Of a stretch of 64,000 nucleotides of DNA, positions 59,174-64,000 are shown in pieces. The stretch is taken from IMG/VR virus record IMGVR_UViG_3300036790_000231, positions 1 through 64,000 of that record. One strand, written 5' to 3'. The notes under the pieces were generated by a model. It saw only the letters and a list, made by a program, of their open reading frames with translations, did not search any database and was not told the DNA's origin. Position 1 is the first letter of the stretch; each line of letters opens with the position of its first letter. The stretch is from a virus. The position numbers and the translations under genes were made by a program.

Positions 59174-59902
59174 TTAATAGAAATTACAATTTTTGAGGGC
59201 TTCTTCTGCTAATAAACCATATTTTGTCCACTGAGGCATTTTCGATATATCGAAAGTACAAGCATGAAAATAAAGTGGAAGAGGCTCGTCTGCAAAGAAT
59301 TCATTTCCCCAGAAATCTTTATCTGGACCGTCATATACACCAATGATCTTCTCAGCAGTTTCACCAGCAGTAGTAGAGGTAGAAGTAACTTTTGGAGAAG
59401 TTCCTCCAGTAAGTCCACTTGAGTTCACTACTAATAATGGTTGAGCCTTATTACCAAGCTCGCCTTTGAATTCCACAACAGCAGCTTTTTCATTTATAGG
59501 CTTTGATTCTTCAGATGTTATAGCTATATTTTCCGAAGAAGCAATAGTGCTCATTGATACTAATGCCGTTGTTAATTCTGTAATAGTTGCATTATATTTT
59601 ATTCCGCTAGACACCATTCCACCATATTCAATAGTGAAAGTTCCACCGGTTGGAGAACCTGTCTCAGTAAGAGTTTGTTTAGCATTTTTATTCGTGCCAA
59701 GCTTTTCAAATATCTTCACCTTAGTAGGATCAGATGTACTCTTGGTAAGAAAAGTTCCAATAGCTATCTCGTATCTTCCTTCTGAATTAGCCGTTAGAGT
59801 AGTTGCATCAAACCAAACTGATCTTATTGAGTCTCTTCCCGCGAAATCACGAAGACAGGTGATCCTTCTAATTTCGCGATTACGAAAATGATTCCAAGGC
59901 AT
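59174..59902 (-). CDS. head decoration protein with inserted domain
   Basis: Between protease/scaffold and capsid genes; insert SPTGGTFTIEYGG...IKYNAT. Confidence 0.75.
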   Translation of the reverse strand: MPWNHFRNREIRRITCLRDFAGRDSIRSVWFDATTLTANSEGRYEIAIGTFLTKSTSDPTKVKIFEKLGTNKNAKQTLTETGSPTGGTFTIEYGGMVSSGIKYNATITELTTALVSMSTIASSENIAITSEESKPINEKAAVVEFKGELGNKAQPLLVVNSSGLTGGTSPKVTSTSTTAGETAEKIIGVYDGPDKDFWGNEFFADEPLPLYFHACTFDISKMPQWTKYGLLAEEALKNCNFY

Positions 59903-59903
59903 T

Positions 59904-62171
59904 TTAGTTTCCTTTTCCGTTCTCGCTGAGCATCATTTTGATATAAGGATCATCTTTTAAGCTAGGATCGGCTTTTACCCATTCCTGAGCCATGTCAATG
60001 CCAGTTTTCTTTTTATCTGGATCGCTTGCTTTAGTCTGCAAATCTGGTCGCCCATTTACAGGACTCTGCAATAATGATGCTTGCTCTGCAAAAGCTATTT
60101 TCTGTTTATCGTTTCTAGGAAGAGCTTTGACAATTCTTTCAACAATTTGGGTAGCTGTCTCAGGTATCGAAACAGTATGACCGTTATCAGACAATTGAAG
60201 TTTAATTGCTACATCTTCATCATCGCTAAGTAAAATGGTTTCAATCTCTTTAAGCAAACCAGGAAACTCTTTTAATCCTTCGTCAGCAAGCTCAGAAATT
60301 CTATTTTCTACACGAGCTTTTTTCTCTTTATTTTTAGTCTCAGAAAGTTCAGAATTTATTTTCTCTATCTGAATATTCTGTTGCCTCTGAAACTCTTTAG
60401 CCTCATTAGAGAGGCCAAGAAGCTCCATTTGCTCCTCTGACATAGCAAGAAGCGTCATATTCCCTCCTTGGGGCTGATTACTTAAATGTGTTCCTCTTCT
60501 GCGCTCGCTGGCAATGATTAGAGGATCTTGTGACATACTTAATTTACTAGAAGTTTTTTTATCTTTCCCAAAACCAGGCAAAGATTCTATATCTACGCCA
60601 AGCTCTTTTGCTCTGCGCCGTATAAGAGTTTTAGCTGCTTCGTAATCTCCATGTTTAGAAGCAGCTAAAACAGCAGCGGCGTGAAGTTGTTTAACATTGT
60701 TTATAGGATATGATCCATCAGGTAATGAATTATTATTAGATTTAGCTTTATCTCTTTCTGCTTGATCTACAGAAAGATAAAGGTCAACTATAATTTTCTC
60801 TTGCTCGGATAGTCCCATCCCTTTTCCTAATTTGTCTAGTTGCTCTTTATCTTCTTTAGGATCAATTGTATCATTTACCCATCTTTTACTTACATCAATC
60901 CATTGTGAAAAAGATGATAAATGAACAACGTTTTTATCATCTACTGTATAAGGAACCACCCAAGCATCATCATCTTGTCCAACTCCATAATTTACCTTTA
61001 CTAAGGCTTTTCCATCAGTAATATCTATAACAAAATATTGTGGGTATGAATCAAAATCAGGCTCAAAAGTATCTAATATCCTTTCAACCTGATTCTCTAT
61101 ATCATGATAGGAAGGTTTTTCTCCCCATTGAATATCCGCAAGAAACTCACCTTTAGAAGCAGTTTTCTCTGTTTTTGGTGGCTCTGTGATTTCTTGCGAA
61201 AGTTGTGAAATCAATTTTGGTGGATCTAGTTTATTCTCCGGAACAGTAATATCTTTTTCCGATAACATCATAGATATTATAGTTCTCTCAGAAAAATCGC
61301 TAGATTTACTTCCATAAGCAGATATTCCACCCATCCAAGGTTTATGAGTAAGCGCTGTATGATCTAAAGCCACTGGATATACTTTTCCCGTGGTAGTATT
61401 TTTATAGTCATATAAAATTCCAGAAGAACGAGAAGGAATAGTACCTCTCTGGACTTTTCCCTTAATATCTGGCTCAGTGAATTCATGAGCGGCCAGAACT
61501 ACTTTCTCGCCAGGGAACTTTTTAGAATCTGCTATTACAAGCTGTTTTATATATCCTGTATTTTCTAAAAGATTATTTTCATGGCTAGTCGGAATAGTTA
61601 CATACTCTATTGCATTATCATTAAAAGCATCTACAATGTCTTCCAGTCCAATAGCTTTTGTAGGATCGTTAGAATGACCAGGAACAAATATAAGAGGCTC
61701 ATCTAGCTTCTCACCATTTGGACCAGGACGTGTCGCAAGCATTCCCGATCTAAGAATAGGGGCCCAAATCAATCCATTATCATCTTCACCAAGAGTAATT
61801 GGCTCTTCAAGATTTATGTCTGAATAAATCTCAAATCCAAGATCTGTACTTTTATCTTTTAGAAGTTTAGAAAAATCTTCGGAAAATCCTGTATTTAGAT
61901 TTTTCATGAGAGTTGATTTAGCCCATACCTCACCCGCAGGGCCGCCCCAAAGGAGATCCTCACAATCTTCTTTTGGACATTGGTCATGAGAGGCATGGAA
62001 ATGAGCCATATCTGCGACATGCTCGTCAGCAAGTGGTTGACCAGAAGCAATTTTTTTGCCTATTTCCCAAGTTCTAGCAGGCATGTCGGGAGAAAAACGT
62101 CCTTCATCGCGAAGTGCTAATCCTTTTTTTGCCGCCGATTTCATCGCAGCAGTCGGCTGATTTTTTTTCAT
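59904..62171 (-). CDS. capsid maturation protease/scaffold fusion
   Basis: IPTSH, SRSSG, LDHTALTHKPWMGG protease core; extra domains LLWGGPAG..W and LPDGSYPI; coiled-coil scaffold C-terminus. Confidence 0.85.
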   Translation of the reverse strand: MKKNQPTAAMKSAAKKGLALRDEGRFSPDMPARTWEIGKKIASGQPLADEHVADMAHFHASHDQCPKEDCEDLLWGGPAGEVWAKSTLMKNLNTGFSEDFSKLLKDKSTDLGFEIYSDINLEEPITLGEDDNGLIWAPILRSGMLATRPGPNGEKLDEPLIFVPGHSNDPTKAIGLEDIVDAFNDNAIEYVTIPTSHENNLLENTGYIKQLVIADSKKFPGEKVVLAAHEFTEPDIKGKVQRGTIPSRSSGILYDYKNTTTGKVYPVALDHTALTHKPWMGGISAYGSKSSDFSERTIISMMLSEKDITVPENKLDPPKLISQLSQEITEPPKTEKTASKGEFLADIQWGEKPSYHDIENQVERILDTFEPDFDSYPQYFVIDITDGKALVKVNYGVGQDDDAWVVPYTVDDKNVVHLSSFSQWIDVSKRWVNDTIDPKEDKEQLDKLGKGMGLSEQEKIIVDLYLSVDQAERDKAKSNNNSLPDGSYPINNVKQLHAAAVLAASKHGDYEAAKTLIRRRAKELGVDIESLPGFGKDKKTSSKLSMSQDPLIIASERRRGTHLSNQPQGGNMTLLAMSEEQMELLGLSNEAKEFQRQQNIQIEKINSELSETKNKEKKARVENRISELADEGLKEFPGLLKEIETILLSDDEDVAIKLQLSDNGHTVSIPETATQIVERIVKALPRNDKQKIAFAEQASLLQSPVNGRPDLQTKASDPDKKKTGIDMAQEWVKADPSLKDDPYIKMMLSENGKGN

Positions 62172-63799
62172 AGAAGCACCATTTCACTTTGGGGCGGTTC
62201 ATCGAGCCCGATTAAAACTCTGTATACATCGCACCTTTCAGACAGATCTTCCAGTATCAAGGCTACATCTTCGGGCATCGCCATCTCCCCCATGTCAAGT
62301 TCTGATAAATGTCTGTGGCCGCCCCAAGGAGGAGCTGCGCCTTTATCTGCCTCTCCAATTACATATCCTGGATCTCCAACATCGGGAGTTTTTGAATGTC
62401 CGGCCTTACCACGCCAGAAAGTCGTCTGACGAATAGTGTCCTTCAAGACACCGCAGAGACCTTTTGTTTTTGGCCCAAATCTCTTAAGATTATCTTTATA
62501 ACAATTATGTACCACTACTCCATTTACTACAAAGTTGTGGTTGTCTTCAACTTCAATATCCCACACATCCTCATATTCATCTAAAACTACTACAGATAGA
62601 ACTTTGTGATTATAGGTTATACCAACAGCCGGATTTCTTTCCCTATAAGCTCTCTTCGAGTATAAATCTCTACATTTTTTGGTGCAATGAACATGATTCC
62701 TGTATTGAACCGTAAATTCATCACCGCAATTTTTACAAGAACGAACAATTATTTTATCTTTTATTTTTTCATTAAGTTTCTTAGTACAAGAGCGACAAGT
62801 TACATCTATATCTACTTTTCTAGTTCTAACTAATTTTCCACAATTTTTACAGTTTACTTTTTTTCTCTCGTCAGAATAACTTTCCTGCCTACATTTAGCA
62901 GAACAATAAATTTGTGTAGTACCAGTAGCTACAAAAGGATTATCACAATTAGTACATCTTAATTCTTTTCCTATAATTTGTTTCATATAACTAGCGGATT
63001 CTGGGCATTCGCCACAAGTAAGATGGTTTTTATATTGAGGCAAAAATATATTAGTGCAATATCTACATTTTCTAAGATCTTGTTTCTGATTTATTTTATC
63101 TCTAGCAGTTTCATGATGAATTTTCAAATGATCAGCATTATCTAAAAGGGAAAAATTATTAGGATCATTATTAGATCTACGTTCATCCAAATGATGGATA
63201 TGATTATTTTTACTTTTACTGCTAACAGAAGCCAAGCATTTATACTCAGAAGCCCATTGTGACCTATCTGGTGATAATCTAACTAGTGGTAGATAATCTC
63301 TATAAAATGGCATTAAAGAATCGCCCGAATGTAAATCTTGAGCCTCCACATAAGTAGAATCTCTACACATAAAACGATGATCCGGTGTACATCTGATCAT
63401 TTTTCCGCTATCTAAAATGACCATAACGAGCTGAGCGCTTTTTCTTATTTGTTCACTCCATTTTACAGTTTTAAGTTCAAAAACTTGTAAATTTGTATTA
63501 AAAGACCAAACCAGATCATCTTTCTTAATCTGAGAAATTGGAATTCCATCAGGATATTTATCCATATCTCTAGGAGCGTCTACTGGTGTATCAGCAGTAA
63601 AGCATTCTCTCCAAGGGTGCGCTTTTCCTGCATAATGTCTCAAAAGGAATCTTAAATATCCCATAGATCTTGGATTTGATGTTACCTTTTGATAATTAGA
63701 AAGTAAAAGATCTATTCTTCTATCTATCTCATCAAATAATATAGATTCTATTCTTTTGTCTGACGCTAATTGTATATCAGACACGAATTCCATCCTCAA
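62168..63799 (-). CDS. small head-module protein (176 aa after splicing) containing an intein
   Basis: Exteins of 65 and 111 aa join as ...HPWRE|CYKDNLKRFGPKTKGLCG... Confidence 0.85.
   Translation of the reverse strand: MRMEFVSDIQLASDKRIESILFDEIDRRIDLLLSNYQKVTSNPRSMGYLRFLLRHYAGKAHPWRECFTADTPVDAPRDMDKYPDGIPISQIKKDDLVWSFNTNLQVFELKTVKWSEQIRKSAQLVMVILDSGKMIRCTPDHRFMCRDSTYVEAQDLHSGDSLMPFYRDYLPLVRLSPDRSQWASEYKCLASVSSKSKNNHIHHLDERRSNNDPNNFSLLDNADHLKIHHETARDKINQKQDLRKCRYCTNIFLPQYKNHLTCGECPESASYMKQIIGKELRCTNCDNPFVATGTTQIYCSAKCRQESYSDERKKVNCKNCGKLVRTRKVDIDVTCRSCTKKLNEKIKDKIIVRSCKNCGDEFTVQYRNHVHCTKKCRDLYSKRAYRERNPAVGITYNHKVLSVVVLDEYEDVWDIEVEDNHNFVVNGVVVHNCYKDNLKRFGPKTKGLCGVLKDTIRQTTFWRGKAGHSKTPDVGDPGYVIGEADKGAAPPWGGHRHLSELDMGEMAMPEDVALILEDLSERCDVYRVLIGLDEPPQSEMVLL
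62504..63604 (-). mobile_element. intein with HNH domain and multiple Zn-ribbon repeats (367 aa)
   Basis: CFTADT start, CTPDHRF, HIHHLD..RSNN...N, repeated CxxC units, VWDIEV..NHNF..NGVVVHN followed by Cys. Confidence 0.92.
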
Positions 63800-63992
63800 T
63801 TTCTTTCATTTCATGAGAATTCAATGCTGGAGAGAAAATATGTCCACAAAAAGAACATTTAATAATTACATTCAATTCATCTTGGAATTCTCTTGACAAA
63901 TCAAATCTATTGAATGATAAAATGTCATGTAACTGCTTATCGTGCGGACAACGCAGTTTTCCATCTTCAAACAACGACCTACTCACGCGCAC
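63777..63992 (-). CDS. small Zn-ribbon protein (5' end at window edge)
   Basis: CPHD...CSFCGHIFSP. Confidence 0.6.
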   Translation of the reverse strand: MRVSRSLFEDGKLRCPHDKQLHDILSFNRFDLSREFQDELNVIIKCSFCGHIFSPALNSHEMKEIEDGIRV

Positions 63993-64000
63993 GTGCTTAC

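Noticed and set aside
2993-62584. Many + strand ORFs in the track (e.g. 2993..3364, 18325..18834, 48760..49314)
   Set aside because: Antisense shadows of well-supported minus-strand genes, with no recognisable motifs.
1-64000. Stop-codon reassignment, suggested by PrmC and the internal TAA
   Set aside because: Long genes are intact in the standard code and TAA, TAG and TGA all end genes; only one internal stop was found in the phage block.

Overview
Almost all of the window (~1.3-64 kb) is one AT-rich, long-tailed (siphovirus-like) dsDNA phage genome segment in the standard genetic code, transcribed mostly on the minus strand. In transcription order: head module (intein-containing small protein, protease/scaffold, decoration protein, major capsid), neck and tail genes (major tail, chaperone pair with a U-UUU-UUA -1 slip site, 2580-aa tape measure with peptidoglycan hydrolase domains, Dit, Tal, accessory fibres), SF2 helicase, a short divergent unit (wHTH gene and tRNA-Leu(UAA)), a replication/recombination block (PrmC, DnaB, primase, SSB, dNMP kinase, ThyX, DnaE, RecA, Cas4-like nuclease, RusA), then terS, terL, a portal-MuF fusion, class II RNR (nrdJ), lysis genes and a Tad2-family anti-defence protein. 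There are three inteins and three free-standing homing endonucleases. The first ~1.3 kb is GC-richer, with a truncated hypothetical gene and a structured, atypical tRNA-like element with alanine identity. No integrase, CRISPR array or reverse transcriptase was seen. An actinobacterial host (possibly Thermoleophilia) is inferred, not shown. All family calls come from motif recognition by eye, not database searches. No new system is proven. The best leads are a possible translation-control set (PrmC, tRNA-Leu(UAA), UUA-dependent frameshift, tRNA-like RNA), an intein in a small apparently non-enzymatic head-module protein, and gene insertions that duplicate the start region of the downstream gene.
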